Shown in pieces: positions 18,751-28,181 of a stretch of DNA of 64,000 bases (position 1 is its first letter; every line of letters begins with the position of its first letter). The position numbers and the translations under genes are program-made. The DNA is from a virus. Taxonomy: Duplodnaviria; Caudoviricetes. The DNA is taken from the IMG/VR virus record IMGVR_UViG_3300042691_031247; one strand, given 5' to 3'. The notes under the pieces were generated by a model. The model was not told where the DNA came from. It saw only the letters and a program-made list of their open reading frames with translations, and made no database searches.

Positions 18751-21700
18751 TTAGACAACTAAGTGCAGCTCAATGTTGTTGAGCGGCGCCGGGACAGTCA
18801 GATCAAGCACAATCTCGATACGATCCTTAAGCAGCGGATGAATCTGCAGCTTACGAATCGCGCCGTCGATGAGTTGCGAACCCAGCTCCTCGGTATTACC
18901 GTTGCCCTTGAGGAAATCGATAATCGCCGTGACCTCGTAACGTAACCGACGTACCATGCCCGGCTGCGCGTTCGTGCGGCCGATGAACGGCTTCAGACGG
19001 CGGTAGAACAGGTACGACATGCTGTCGACGTTACGACGAATCATCTCTTCGCGGCGGTTCAGATCGAGGTTGTCGGTCGTCAAGGCGTGACGCGTGTGCG
19101 GCGTGCCGTCCTTGTCTTCCGTCACGATCCAGACGCCGGCCTCAGCCATGCGGTTAAGCTGGGTTTCGTTGAGGTACTTGTAGGAGCGCGAGAAGTCGTC
19201 GAACCCGGCGACCTCGACGTTCGTCAGCGGCTGGTGGGGCACCACACCGGAGACGAGACCGGCCAGAGCGGCCGCGAGGTAGTAACCGGGCTGAATCGTG
19301 CCGGCTTCGCCGACCTGATCCGGCCACACGGCGCACACGCGACGGTTCGAAAGCGAACCGCCTTGTTGTGCAACGTCTTCAACGATCTCGTTGCGGTTGC
19401 GGTTATGCCAGACCTCGACACGCTGCGGAACTGTAACAGCGGCGTCAGCGCCGGAGTACAGCAGCAGGGTCGATTCCGAGATAACCTGATCAACCACGTA
19501 CTCTTCGTACTGCTCCTCGCCGAACCCGTCGACCGAGTAGTTGTAGCGCACGATATCGCCGGGACGTACGTCATTCGTGATGAAGTAGCCGTTGCCCGAC
19601 GTGACCGTCAGCTTCGTGTACTGCGTGTTGGTGGCGTTCGGGTCGTCGGAGAGCGTGGCAAGAACCGGATCGTCGACCGTCTCGCCAAGCACACCTTCGA
19701 TGTTAACGCCTTCACCAACAACCTTCACGACCGGAACCGCCTTGAGGGCGAAGAAGCCAGCCTTCCAGTTGTTTGCGTACTCGTTCGACTCGCCGCCAAT
19801 GTGCGCAGCCCACAGGTTTTGAATCCTGCGGTCGAACGTCATCGGAACGAGGTTATACATGTCGTCGCGACCCTTGATGCGCTCAAGCACCTGCACCCAC
19901 TTGTCCATGTCGACACCGAGCGAACGACCCTCTTGGTCGTACTTCTCGGGGTCGGCCACGGCGGTGTACTTCACTACGGTGCCGTTGCTGTTAGAGAGCG
20001 CCTTGTAAACGCCCCACTTCAGCGGGTTATCAGGATCGAGCTGGCCCTTGATTTGATCAAGGTCAGCCACGTCGCTGATCGAGTTGACCTGATCGGCCAG
20101 CTCAGACAGCCACTCGCGGTACTCGACGTACACCTTGCCGGAGATAACCGGCAGGGGCTGCTCGGCGCCAGCGCTTGTCCACTCGGGGTGGTAAGCGACG
20201 ATGCCTTCCTGTACGCAGATCTGGGTGTCTTCGTACCAGAAGTTGGTCATCGGGGCGAATCCGATCCGATTCTTCGAGATCTGGATGTTGTCCTTGATGA
20301 ACAGCTTAAGGTCCATGTCTTCGCCGCTGATCAGCTGGCAAGTTGCCGTAGCTGTCACCGCGCCGGGGCCGGACGGCGGCGCCGAAAGCGTGACAGTCGG
20401 GGCGCTGGTGTAGCCGGCGCCACGATCCGTCACAACAACGCCGACAACCATGTCGTCGTTTTCGCCTTGGATGCTGCCGAGCACGGCATAACCGACGGCA
20501 GTACGAGCCTGCACAAGGTTGCCTGTCGGAGCCGAGAACGTCACAGTCGGGGCGGCGCCGTAACCCGAGCCAGCATTCGTGATGCTGACCGGACCCACCT
20601 TGTCGACCGGCGCGCCGTCCTGCGTGAGCAGTACGGTCGGGAGGTCGTCGCGGAGGATAAGCTGGCGGACCGGGCCGGCCTTGCTGGAGTTAACAGTGAT
20701 GTACCACTTGTCACCCTTGCGGAGACCAGCAACAGCGAAGTTGTCCTCTTGGTCGGTGGCGCCAAGGAAACGAACCTTTACGCCATTCGTGCCGATCGCT
20801 ACGGAGATGGCGTTGCCGCCAGCGCCGTCGCCGACAACTTCGGTCGGGCCGGAGAAGTCGAGGCCCTTGACCGTGCGGACAGTGATCTCAGGAAGCTGAG
20901 CCCACGTGCCGCCCTTGGTGCACTCGATGACGTAGGTGTCGTTCTTGGTGCCAGCGTACTTGCCAAGGATGTCAACCGCACCCTGCACGCCGTTTACCGA
21001 CTCTTCAGTCTGGTACACGCCGTCAGCGTCCGAAACAGCCTTGACCTTTTCGTACGTCTGCTTGACGTCGAACTTCCACTTCTGACCGACAACAAAGTTA
21101 TCAAGACCAGTTGTCGTGAAGCGCACCGAGAGGCCGCGCGTGCCGATGAACGTCACGCCGTCGTTGTCGTCAAAGTCGTTCGGCTGAATTTCAGCCTGAT
21201 CGTCTGTGCCGGTTCCCGACACAACGCGCAGACGCGCGGCGTTGCAGCCGGCAATCGTGCTCTTGATGACTTCGACGTAATACTCTTCTTCAACTGCACC
21301 GGAGACAAGACCGTCGTAATCATTGGCGCCTTCGTCTTGGGCGCCAAGAACGGTCACTGCAACTGCGTTATCAACACCCTCGATCTGCGTAACAGTTACG
21401 TCAACGCCGTTGGCGCTTTCGGCTGTGTAGCTGTCTTGGTTGTTAACGTCAGCAGTGGCGGGCAGAATGCGCGACGGAACAAGGTCGCTGGCAAAGCCGG
21501 TTACATATGTCTCAAGCACAGTCTCGATGCAGTCGTTGTCGGCGCTCACAGTGCGGAGCTGAACAACGTCGCCGAGCTGAACGTCACGATCGAAGAACAC
21601 GCTCGAACGCGGGTACGCAGCGCCGTTCGACTTGAACGACAGTGTGCTGGACTGCACCCAGTTGGTCTTGCCGGGAACGGCTGTAATCGTCGTGTCGCTC

Positions 21701-21987
21701 TCGCCCATGTTGTGCTGGTAGTAGCGCAGCATGGCGTCGTCAACATAAAGCTTGACGTAAGGAAGATCGACAACAGAGCCGGGCAGACGTTGCGGCCACG
21801 TGTAGCACGTATCGTTAAGACGATCGTACTGACCGAGAAGGCTGAACCGCTTCTCGTCCGTGTTGCTATAGCGGTGAAGAATGCCGTGCGGACCAGCGAT
21901 GTGGGCGCGCAGCGGTTCCGTGATCTCCGTGGGGACGATACGGAACTCTTGGAAAACGAGTACTTGTGGTTTTACGTAGCTCGACAT
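18751..21987 (-). CDS. contractile tail sheath protein
   Basis: 1078 aa; N-terminal YVKPQVLVFQEF; C-terminal sheath domain (YLAAALAG...EEMIRRNVDSMSY...IEIVLDLTVPAPLNNIELHL); followed by the tube gene. Confidence 0.85.
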   Translation of the reverse strand: MSSYVKPQVLVFQEFRIVPTEITEPLRAHIAGPHGILHRYSNTDEKRFSLLGQYDRLNDTCYTWPQRLPGSVVDLPYVKLYVDDAMLRYYQHNMGESDTTITAVPGKTNWVQSSTLSFKSNGAAYPRSSVFFDRDVQLGDVVQLRTVSADNDCIETVLETYVTGFASDLVPSRILPATADVNNQDSYTAESANGVDVTVTQIEGVDNAVAVTVLGAQDEGANDYDGLVSGAVEEEYYVEVIKSTIAGCNAARLRVVSGTGTDDQAEIQPNDFDDNDGVTFIGTRGLSVRFTTTGLDNFVVGQKWKFDVKQTYEKVKAVSDADGVYQTEESVNGVQGAVDILGKYAGTKNDTYVIECTKGGTWAQLPEITVRTVKGLDFSGPTEVVGDGAGGNAISVAIGTNGVKVRFLGATDQEDNFAVAGLRKGDKWYITVNSSKAGPVRQLILRDDLPTVLLTQDGAPVDKVGPVSITNAGSGYGAAPTVTFSAPTGNLVQARTAVGYAVLGSIQGENDDMVVGVVVTDRGAGYTSAPTVTLSAPPSGPGAVTATATCQLISGEDMDLKLFIKDNIQISKNRIGFAPMTNFWYEDTQICVQEGIVAYHPEWTSAGAEQPLPVISGKVYVEYREWLSELADQVNSISDVADLDQIKGQLDPDNPLKWGVYKALSNSNGTVVKYTAVADPEKYDQEGRSLGVDMDKWVQVLERIKGRDDMYNLVPMTFDRRIQNLWAAHIGGESNEYANNWKAGFFALKAVPVVKVVGEGVNIEGVLGETVDDPVLATLSDDPNATNTQYTKLTVTSGNGYFITNDVRPGDIVRYNYSVDGFGEEQYEEYVVDQVISESTLLLYSGADAAVTVPQRVEVWHNRNRNEIVEDVAQQGGSLSNRRVCAVWPDQVGEAGTIQPGYYLAAALAGLVSGVVPHQPLTNVEVAGFDDFSRSYKYLNETQLNRMAEAGVWIVTEDKDGTPHTRHALTTDNLDLNRREEMIRRNVDSMSYLFYRRLKPFIGRTNAQPGMVRRLRYEVTAIIDFLKGNGNTEELGSQLIDGAIRKLQIHPLLKDRIEIVLDLTVPAPLNNIELHLVV

Positions 21988-22043
21988 ACGTCTCGGCCTC
22001 CGTGCCTAAAATTTACGTGTGTGCGGTAGGGCGTTCAGGTCGT

Positions 22044-22068
22044 AGTATACACAACTACGCGTTTGCAA
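22044..22068 (-). promoter_or_regulatory. candidate promoter of the sheath operon (TTGCAA-N13-TATACT)
   Basis: Intergenic; the -10-like TATACT lies in a short inverted repeat CGTAGT/ACTACG; spacer is unusually short. Confidence 0.35.
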
Positions 22069-22090
22069 AAAAAACACCCCGTGAAAATTC

Positions 22091-22801
22091 TTAACAAGAC
22101 AATAGATCCGATGCCTTGAAGACAATCCGCTTTAGGCGCGGCGCATACGGCTGGAGCAACCAAGCTTCCTCGGCAACGTATGCAACAGTCACAGGGACGG
22201 CATATCCCTGAGCGACCTCTTGAACTTCTCCTATGCCGCCAACCTCGGCGACGTAAAAACGAAACAAATCCATTTGATCTCGGATTAGGGGCGAGAAGTT
22301 GATTAAAAACTTCAGCACCTCGGTCGCGAGAAATTCGGTTTCTGCGCCGGCGGAACTAAGGCAGTATATCGTATGACTACCTTCCCACAGTCCGGCGTAA
22401 CTTACTTCTCCAGTATAATCACTGGAGCTTGCAATGTCACCAATAGTTTGTTTTTGCCAGCGCCAGCCATTTCGCTTAATAAGTATAGCCGGCCGTTTAT
22501 CTGCCGTATTGGGCGACCAGCGGGTAATACTTTCTATCAAAATGCCGCCTTTGTTATCGCCTGCGTCGGACGGGCGCCACGCGCCAAGCGTTTCAACGTG
22601 CCGGCGAATACGCGGTTCCTCTATATTTTCAGGGTCAGCAAAGTGGCCCATTAACAACTGCCGTAAAAAACCGGTCATTACGTGAGGGCGCGTGCCGTAA
22701 GAGCACAGCGCGCTCACCTTATCGACGCGGTTTTCTGGCGCACTGCCGGCCGGGAACTGCGCTTCAATTTCCGGCGGATTCGGATCGTCGCAGGTACTCA
22801 C
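22091..22801 (-). CDS. putative tail completion/terminator protein
   Basis: 236 aa between the neck genes and the sheath; call rests on synteny. Confidence 0.5.
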   Translation of the reverse strand: MSTCDDPNPPEIEAQFPAGSAPENRVDKVSALCSYGTRPHVMTGFLRQLLMGHFADPENIEEPRIRRHVETLGAWRPSDAGDNKGGILIESITRWSPNTADKRPAILIKRNGWRWQKQTIGDIASSSDYTGEVSYAGLWEGSHTIYCLSSAGAETEFLATEVLKFLINFSPLIRDQMDLFRFYVAEVGGIGEVQEVAQGYAVPVTVAYVAEEAWLLQPYAPRLKRIVFKASDLLSC

Positions 22802-22916
22802 TGAATTGTTCCTTTAACTTTTGATCGTGCGCCGCGGTTGGCGCCAGCAGGCTTATTTTTTTGGGTAGGATGCGAATTTTGTCGAGGCGCGGTTCAGACG
22901 GGTTTTTGTTTGACAT
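22764..22916 (-). CDS. small hypothetical protein (50 aa, not in ORF track)
   Basis: TGATG-coupled to the upstream gene; MSNKNPSEPRLDKIRILPKKISLLAPTAAHDQKLKEQFSEYLRRSESAGN; overlaps the next gene's start. Confidence 0.35.
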   Translation of the reverse strand: MSNKNPSEPRLDKIRILPKKISLLAPTAAHDQKLKEQFSEYLRRSESAGN

Positions 22917-24232
22917 CAGATATCCCAAAAATCTTCTGGGGTGCTTTGCGGCGCCGGGTCATTTTCGCACAGTTTAAATTCGTCGGCTGTCGTTAATGTT
23001 TTGCCGTCCTCAGTCGTGAGCGGAAAAACGTCGCCGTCTTCTTCTGTGGCCGTAAGCGGCAGTGTTGGCACCCACGTGCATAATTGCGGCGCGCCAATAT
23101 TGACTACGTTAACAAAGTCGACGTCGGGGCCGTATTCGCCAAGCTTTTCGTATACGATAGCATAATCGCCCGGGTCAAGCGCGATTGATTGCGCCCAGCG
23201 CCCGTTGGCGGTTGTCGAAGTTACACCCAACGCTAAGTTTTTTGGTGTTTCAAACCCGCTGACGTCAAATACGTCTTTAGCGTAGATATAAATAGCCGCG
23301 CCGTGAATCGGGCAGCCGGTTTCGGTTTTGTAAACAAATCGATCGTTACCGCCGTAATTCTGGTCGACCGGTACATCGCCGCAGCCCTCGACCGGTAGCG
23401 TGGGCCCAACCCGCTCCGCCGGCTCGCCGCCGATCTCGATGGCGTAGGCGGTATTGCTGAACGGCAGTAAGCCCATCTTGATTTGATAGATAATTGGGAC
23501 GTTGCGGATGGCAGCCTCGATTTTGATGGTTTCTACTAACCACCGTTCGTCGCTGGAGCCGTTGACCCAGATGTCGCTTTTGTTAATCGCGGGAAAGCCG
23601 ATGACCCGCGCTGTGATATACGGATTGTGGCGCGTCATACCCTTAAACTGCGCGTCGACGTCTTCCTGAATAGTCTGGGTCGATAAGTCCCAACATTGCA
23701 AAGACAGCGGCGGGTGATAACCAACCTCGAAGCCGGTGCCGTTGCAAACCGGGCAGTCCGAGTCCAGTACTTCTTGCGTCAGCTGATCGCGGCACCTACG
23801 GCAGGGCTTCCCGAACCGAAACGGCTTTAACAGGTAGCCCGGCACGGCGACATATTTAAACCGCAGCTGCTCTTTACGGATAATCTCGCGCGCAATTAGC
23901 CAATCTTTCTCGGGTAAGTCGCCGTAGCAGTTGGCCGCCTGCGAAACGTAAACACTGGTCGGCGTGGTCAGTACGACGCGGTAATGGTCGAGCAGGTCGT
24001 AACCGGCTTTGCGCCATGCCGGGTCATACGCGTTATAGCCGTTTAATACCGGCTGGCCGATATTTACCCAGTCGGTTGCGTCGCGTAAGCCGGTCTTACC
24101 CAGCTGCAATTGAAAAACGTACGGCCCGGGCTCGTTAAACGTCTGCTCTAGCTGCCACCAAACACGGGTAGTTCCGCGGACCATGTGATCTACGGAAACC
24201 CGGCGGAACGGAAAGATGCGCGACTGTGGCAT
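22916..24232 (-). CDS. putative neck/head-closure protein with zinc finger
   Basis: 438 aa; CRRC...CPVCNGTG zinc motif; follows the adaptor-like gene. Confidence 0.5.
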   Translation of the reverse strand: MPQSRIFPFRRVSVDHMVRGTTRVWWQLEQTFNEPGPYVFQLQLGKTGLRDATDWVNIGQPVLNGYNAYDPAWRKAGYDLLDHYRVVLTTPTSVYVSQAANCYGDLPEKDWLIAREIIRKEQLRFKYVAVPGYLLKPFRFGKPCRRCRDQLTQEVLDSDCPVCNGTGFEVGYHPPLSLQCWDLSTQTIQEDVDAQFKGMTRHNPYITARVIGFPAINKSDIWVNGSSDERWLVETIKIEAAIRNVPIIYQIKMGLLPFSNTAYAIEIGGEPAERVGPTLPVEGCGDVPVDQNYGGNDRFVYKTETGCPIHGAAIYIYAKDVFDVSGFETPKNLALGVTSTTANGRWAQSIALDPGDYAIVYEKLGEYGPDVDFVNVVNIGAPQLCTWVPTLPLTATEEDGDVFPLTTEDGKTLTTADEFKLCENDPAPQSTPEDFWDI

Positions 24233-24284
24233 TGAGCTTTTGAGCGGTTAAGCCTAAAAAACTTGTGTAATTCCCAACATATTA

Positions 24285-25277
24285 TCAATAACGAATCCGA
24301 ATCGCGTCGGTGTAGGCCGAGTACTTATATGTCGAAGAAACCTCGCCGTAGCCGCCCTCTAAGTTGATGCTGGCTTTCGTCGCGCGCACCCATTCGCGAT
24401 ACGCCTGCCACCGAGCCTGACCCGCACGCTCATAGCTAGCTTCTTTATTCTGGTCGTTTACCGCCAGTCCCGCAGCCGAGTAGTCAAACTGATTGCGCCG
24501 GAACTGCTCCGCCACCATCATGAACAGGTTGGCGCAGATACCTTCCAGCCAGTGATATCTAAATGGAAACGACTGTGTGTTGTATACGGCGTCGATCGGC
24601 GGAGGCACTTCATTCCAGTACATAACTGGGCGCGCAATAGCTAGGGCAATCTCCGCGTCGTCAAACATTAAGCTATCGAGCAGAAAGCTTTCGCCCGGGG
24701 CCGAGTCGCGCAGGTGTAAGCGGATCTCAGCGATACTCGGAGGCCCGCCCGGCTGATTTACGCTCGAAAACGTGCTGCGGGCGATTACCACCGAGAACGT
24801 GTTCGAGAAGATCACGCAGGGTTGATTGCTGGTCTGCGCCGGGATGCTCACTAGCGCCATCTCGCCGTAGTACACGCCGGGAACACTGGTGGCGTTACTG
24901 GAAAGCGCGACAGACACCTTGCCGGTTTCTGGCTCGACAATTGTGGCCTGAACCTCGACCGGCTCGTTCTGGTTGCCTAGCGACAGCTGCTCTTTTAACC
25001 GCAGCACGACTTTAAAATCTTGCGCATTGGTGCAGGCGGTCAGGCTCACTGGGCGGCCTTCGCGGTCGTGCATCGTCCACTCAATCGTGGCGCAGTGACC
25101 CTGCGTGAGCGTAATGGCGCGCATGCGTGTTAACAGCGGCTGGCCGTTAACACCGGAAATCGGCGCGCTGATGACGTTCTGCCCGATACACGAAACCGGC
25201 GTAATGGCTTGGCCGTTTGTGTTGCCGTTGCAGCACGGAACAATGGGATGCTCAGCGGGTGTGGCGATAACGACCAT
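24285..25277 (-). CDS. putative head-tail adaptor protein
   Basis: 330 aa; Ig/BppU-like N-terminal half and helical adaptor-like C-terminal half (IAEIRLHLRDSAP...FDDAEIALAI); downstream of the capsid genes. Confidence 0.5.
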   Translation of the reverse strand: MVVIATPAEHPIVPCCNGNTNGQAITPVSCIGQNVISAPISGVNGQPLLTRMRAITLTQGHCATIEWTMHDREGRPVSLTACTNAQDFKVVLRLKEQLSLGNQNEPVEVQATIVEPETGKVSVALSSNATSVPGVYYGEMALVSIPAQTSNQPCVIFSNTFSVVIARSTFSSVNQPGGPPSIAEIRLHLRDSAPGESFLLDSLMFDDAEIALAIARPVMYWNEVPPPIDAVYNTQSFPFRYHWLEGICANLFMMVAEQFRRNQFDYSAAGLAVNDQNKEASYERAGQARWQAYREWVRATKASINLEGGYGEVSSTYKYSAYTDAIRIRY

Positions 25278-25306
25278 GCGAACCTCCGTGTTACACCGTA
25301 AGTATA

Positions 25307-25345
25307 CAAATAAAAACGGCTGGCCGCTTACGCAGCCAGCCGTTT
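25307..25345 (-). terminator. intrinsic terminator ending the capsid transcription unit
   Basis: AAACGGCTGGC-T-GC-GTAA-GC-G-GCCAGCCGTTT (GNRA loop) followed by TTATTTGT on the minus strand. Confidence 0.8.
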
Positions 25346-25369
25346 AGAAGAGATTGACTAGATCGACGC

Positions 25370-25696
25370 TCAGTTGCTGTCCCAACCTTCGGGGGTTGTG
25401 GTGCCCAGCGTGTCTTCGTCGAGGTTAACCTGATCGACGCTTCCGTCGTCCGCGTCGGTGAGGTAAACGGCCGGCGACTTGGTGATCTGCAGCGCGCCGT
25501 TCTCCAGCGCCTTTTCAAGCGCCTTGAACTGCCGCTGACCGCCGCGACCGCCCTTACCCACGGTCGAGACTAGATCGCCCGGGACCGTGTAGGTCTCGTT
25601 GTTGGCGAGCCGCTTGCCGTGCGCACCGAGGAAGCCGAACACGCGGGCAGCGCCCGACGTGTTCTTAACTGTCGTGTATAAACCGGGAACTGCCAT
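25370..25696 (-). CDS. small putative virion (head) protein
   Basis: 108 aa with a GGAG SD; lies in the capsid operon before the terminator. Confidence 0.65.
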   Translation of the reverse strand: MAVPGLYTTVKNTSGAARVFGFLGAHGKRLANNETYTVPGDLVSTVGKGGRGGQRQFKALEKALENGALQITKSPAVYLTDADDGSVDQVNLDEDTLGTTTPEGWDSN

Positions 25697-25715
25697 TGTT
25701 ATTTACTCCATTTCT

Positions 25716-26105
25716 TCAGGATGCGCTTTGCAGAGCCGCGGCGGCGGCAGCCTGCAGCGTCAGAACAGCCTGCGCAATCGCAGGTTGCTCCGCCGCTACG
25801 CTCGCCACGTCGCCGTAAGCAGCCGCCTTTTCACCAGTGCCGCCAAGGCCCGCGGCGGCAAGCATCTCGTCCAGCTGCTGGTTGGCAGCCGAGAGCGAGG
25901 AAGCTTGCGCAGCCGCGACCTTTTCTTGCTCCGCCGTGTAGAGCACATGAAGCTTGGAGGCAGCAGCCCACATCTCTGCGGCTTCGCCTTCCGTACGCGG
26001 CTGGATGCCGTGCGCGGCAAGCTTCTCGAAGAAATACGGTGCGGCAAGTTCCGACACGATTGTGGCGTATGCTTGCTCAGCCGCTTCTTTAACATTATCA
26101 GACAT
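25716..26105 (-). CDS. hypothetical Ala-rich head-associated protein
   Basis: 129 aa; AAGGAG SD; several K-x-A-A motifs. Confidence 0.7.
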   Translation of the reverse strand: MSDNVKEAAEQAYATIVSELAAPYFFEKLAAHGIQPRTEGEAAEMWAAASKLHVLYTAEQEKVAAAQASSLSAANQQLDEMLAAAGLGGTGEKAAAYGDVASVAAEQPAIAQAVLTLQAAAAAALQSAS

Positions 26106-26139
26106 AACGTGCTCCTTTGGGTTTAATTCCTACACGGCA

Positions 26140-27066
26140 TCACTTGAAGTCAACGCGAGCCAGACCGTTGGTGTGGCCGAACGAGCCACCCGAAGTCTGG
26201 TAAGCGAAGTACTCAAGCATGTAAGCCTCACGACGGATGTACATCGTGGTGGGCTCCAGCTCGTAGTTCTTGCCGATGAACTTCGGCGAGGCGAACATGA
26301 ACATGGCGTCATCGGGGACAAGATCGCGCTTGATCGTAACGATCCAGCGGCAGTTGAGGAAGTTAGTCTCCGCCCAACCGTTCTTGATGATGTCCTGCGA
26401 GAAGTCGCCACCCATCTCGTCACGGCCGAACTTGAGGAGTTCCTTGATCGTGATGTTATTCACGAGGCAGGTTTCAACCTCAAAGTGCGACGGCGTCCGG
26501 GGCATGACCTTCAGCGCGTCGACAAGGGTCTCACGCGTGATGCCGCCCGAGATCTCTTCGTACTGCACAGCGCCGCTGGCGACGTTGGCAACACCCGGAG
26601 TCGGGAGCACGGCGTTGAAGGCGGCAATAAACTTGCCGTCCTCTTCAGCCAGCATGTCCTTGATCATGTTGTCGCTGAGGACCTGACGGATGTCGATCAC
26701 GTACGTACGCAGCTCGTCGACGTCCTTCACAGCGCGGGGCGACACGATCCGGTCAAACATGACGCGGTAGCGCGGGCCACGGATGTAGAAGTTAATCGGG
26801 AGCGTCGCAAACGGGAGCGACACAGCCGCCGGGGAATCGGGCTCCTTGTCCACCACCTTGACGGGCTTGTCAGTGTCAACCTGACGGTCAAGCTCGTCGT
26901 TGGTGATGGTCAGCGGCGGCATAATCCGCCGGTAGAACCCGTCTTCACGCATCTTGGTGCGCGTGAAGTCGTTAACCGCGTCGATGGCCTGCTTCTGCAT
27001 GCCGGGGGTATCGAGCTGCTCAAAAAGCGTTTCGTTGAGCAGTTGGATCTCTTGCTGAGTGGGCAT
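26140..27066 (-). CDS. major capsid protein (probable HK97 fold)
   Basis: Start reassigned to MPTQQ (GGAGG SD); 308 aa; pattern FYRRIMPP...VSPRAVKDVDEL...IKDMLAEEDGKF fits HK97-type MCPs; position after protease, scaffold and decoration genes; strong codon bias. Confidence 0.75.
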   Translation of the reverse strand: MPTQQEIQLLNETLFEQLDTPGMQKQAIDAVNDFTRTKMREDGFYRRIMPPLTITNDELDRQVDTDKPVKVVDKEPDSPAAVSLPFATLPINFYIRGPRYRVMFDRIVSPRAVKDVDELRTYVIDIRQVLSDNMIKDMLAEEDGKFIAAFNAVLPTPGVANVASGAVQYEEISGGITRETLVDALKVMPRTPSHFEVETCLVNNITIKELLKFGRDEMGGDFSQDIIKNGWAETNFLNCRWIVTIKRDLVPDDAMFMFASPKFIGKNYELEPTTMYIRREAYMLEYFAYQTSGGSFGHTNGLARVDFK

Positions 27067-27105
27067 TTTGGGAACCTCCATGTTCCTTAATTAGTTAGGG
27101 ATAGG

Positions 27106-27684
27106 TCAGTCGATTGTGGCCGCAGTACCCGCCGGGAGGTACACGCACCAGAAGGAAAGCGTGTCCACACCGTTGTGGTTCTTCGACGCACCACTCGAAA
27201 CAACACCGCAAACCGGGTTTACGTACTGCACGGCGTTGGCCTTCGTCAGCACACCCTCAACGGCAGCGCCGCCAGTGGTGGGAGCAGTCAGAAGGTCACC
27301 CGGAGCATACGTCACCGCGCTACCGCCGGACGTCTTCACGTACTCGGTGGTGGCGATTTCATAACCACCGGTCGCAACAAGACCCGACAGCTTGCCCGAG
27401 GGCGACACTGCTTGGTGCATGAAGTTACCGGCCGCTGTGGTACCCGGATTGCTGACGTCAGCATCCGTCGAACCGTTCAGCAAGAAAATCGCGACGCCCG
27501 TAGCGCTGACACCCGGAACGAACACGTCCTTGCCGCCCTCTTTCGAGAGATGCACGACGCGACCGCGCGGGACGTCATAAGCGACCGTGCTCAGCAGCTT
27601 GGCCGAGTAGTCGAGGGACGCCATATCGAACCAGCCCTTTTTGACGTCAAGGCCGTGTTCAAACATAAGATCAGGAGCAGGCAT
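27106..27684 (-). CDS. putative capsid decoration/cement protein
   Basis: 192 aa, Gly/Thr-rich beta protein immediately upstream of the MCP. Confidence 0.55.
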   Translation of the reverse strand: MPAPDLMFEHGLDVKKGWFDMASLDYSAKLLSTVAYDVPRGRVVHLSKEGGKDVFVPGVSATGVAIFLLNGSTDADVSNPGTTAAGNFMHQAVSPSGKLSGLVATGGYEIATTEYVKTSGGSAVTYAPGDLLTAPTTGGAAVEGVLTKANAVQYVNPVCGVVSSGASKNHNGVDTLSFWCVYLPAGTAATID

Positions 27685-27739
27685 TGTTAGACCTCCGTGT
27701 CTTTCTCAATTGGAAACGTGTTCCGTAAAGGGGACGAAC

Positions 27740-28165
27740 TCAGGTAGTGGGCGGGTTAAGACCAAGGCCCGTAAACAGCTTTACGTCGGAAGCCTTGAGG
27801 CGACCATCGCGGGCACCCACATACCCGCTCGTCAGGCTGGCCGTCGGGTCGTAGCTGGCGGACTTTGTGGCCACCGGCGTACCAAGACGAGCCAGTTCAG
27901 CCGCGTTTTTGTGCGCGGCTAATTTGATAACAAGTTCCATCGCGCGCACCGGATCTTGAAGGGCGGCGGCAAGCGCTTCCTTCTGGTGGGCCTCGATCCG
28001 CTCGTTCTCCACGCACGCCTTGACGGCTTCGGGGATCAGGTGAGCCAGCTTTTCGCTGGTTTCAACCTGCGCCTTTTCGGCGGCGGCGGCTTTGGTCATC
28101 GCAGCATCGGAGTAACCGATGTAGTCGATGATCTTCTGTACGAGCGCGTTATTTTCGGTAGACAT
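27740..28165 (-). CDS. hypothetical head assembly protein
   Basis: 141 aa, helical; GGAGG SD; K-x-A motifs. Confidence 0.65.
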   Translation of the reverse strand: MSTENNALVQKIIDYIGYSDAAMTKAAAAEKAQVETSEKLAHLIPEAVKACVENERIEAHQKEALAAALQDPVRAMELVIKLAAHKNAAELARLGTPVATKSASYDPTASLTSGYVGARDGRLKASDVKLFTGLGLNPPTT

Positions 28166-28181
28166 TAAAACCTCCGTGTGA

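Noticed and set aside
742-21987. Stand-alone eCIS/tailocin locus
   Set aside because: Capsid, prohead protease, scaffold and neck genes are contiguous on the same strand, indicating a complete phage.
19087-22029. 980-aa plus-strand ORF
   Set aside because: It is the antisense shadow of the strongly codon-biased sheath gene. It has no recognisable motifs or SD and reads as typical reverse-frame text.
25954-27090. 378-aa plus-strand ORF (also 35036-36385, 449 aa, and the many shorter plus-strand ORFs)
   Set aside because: These are antisense to the MCP and other well-supported genes. High GC3 suppresses stop codons on the opposite strand.
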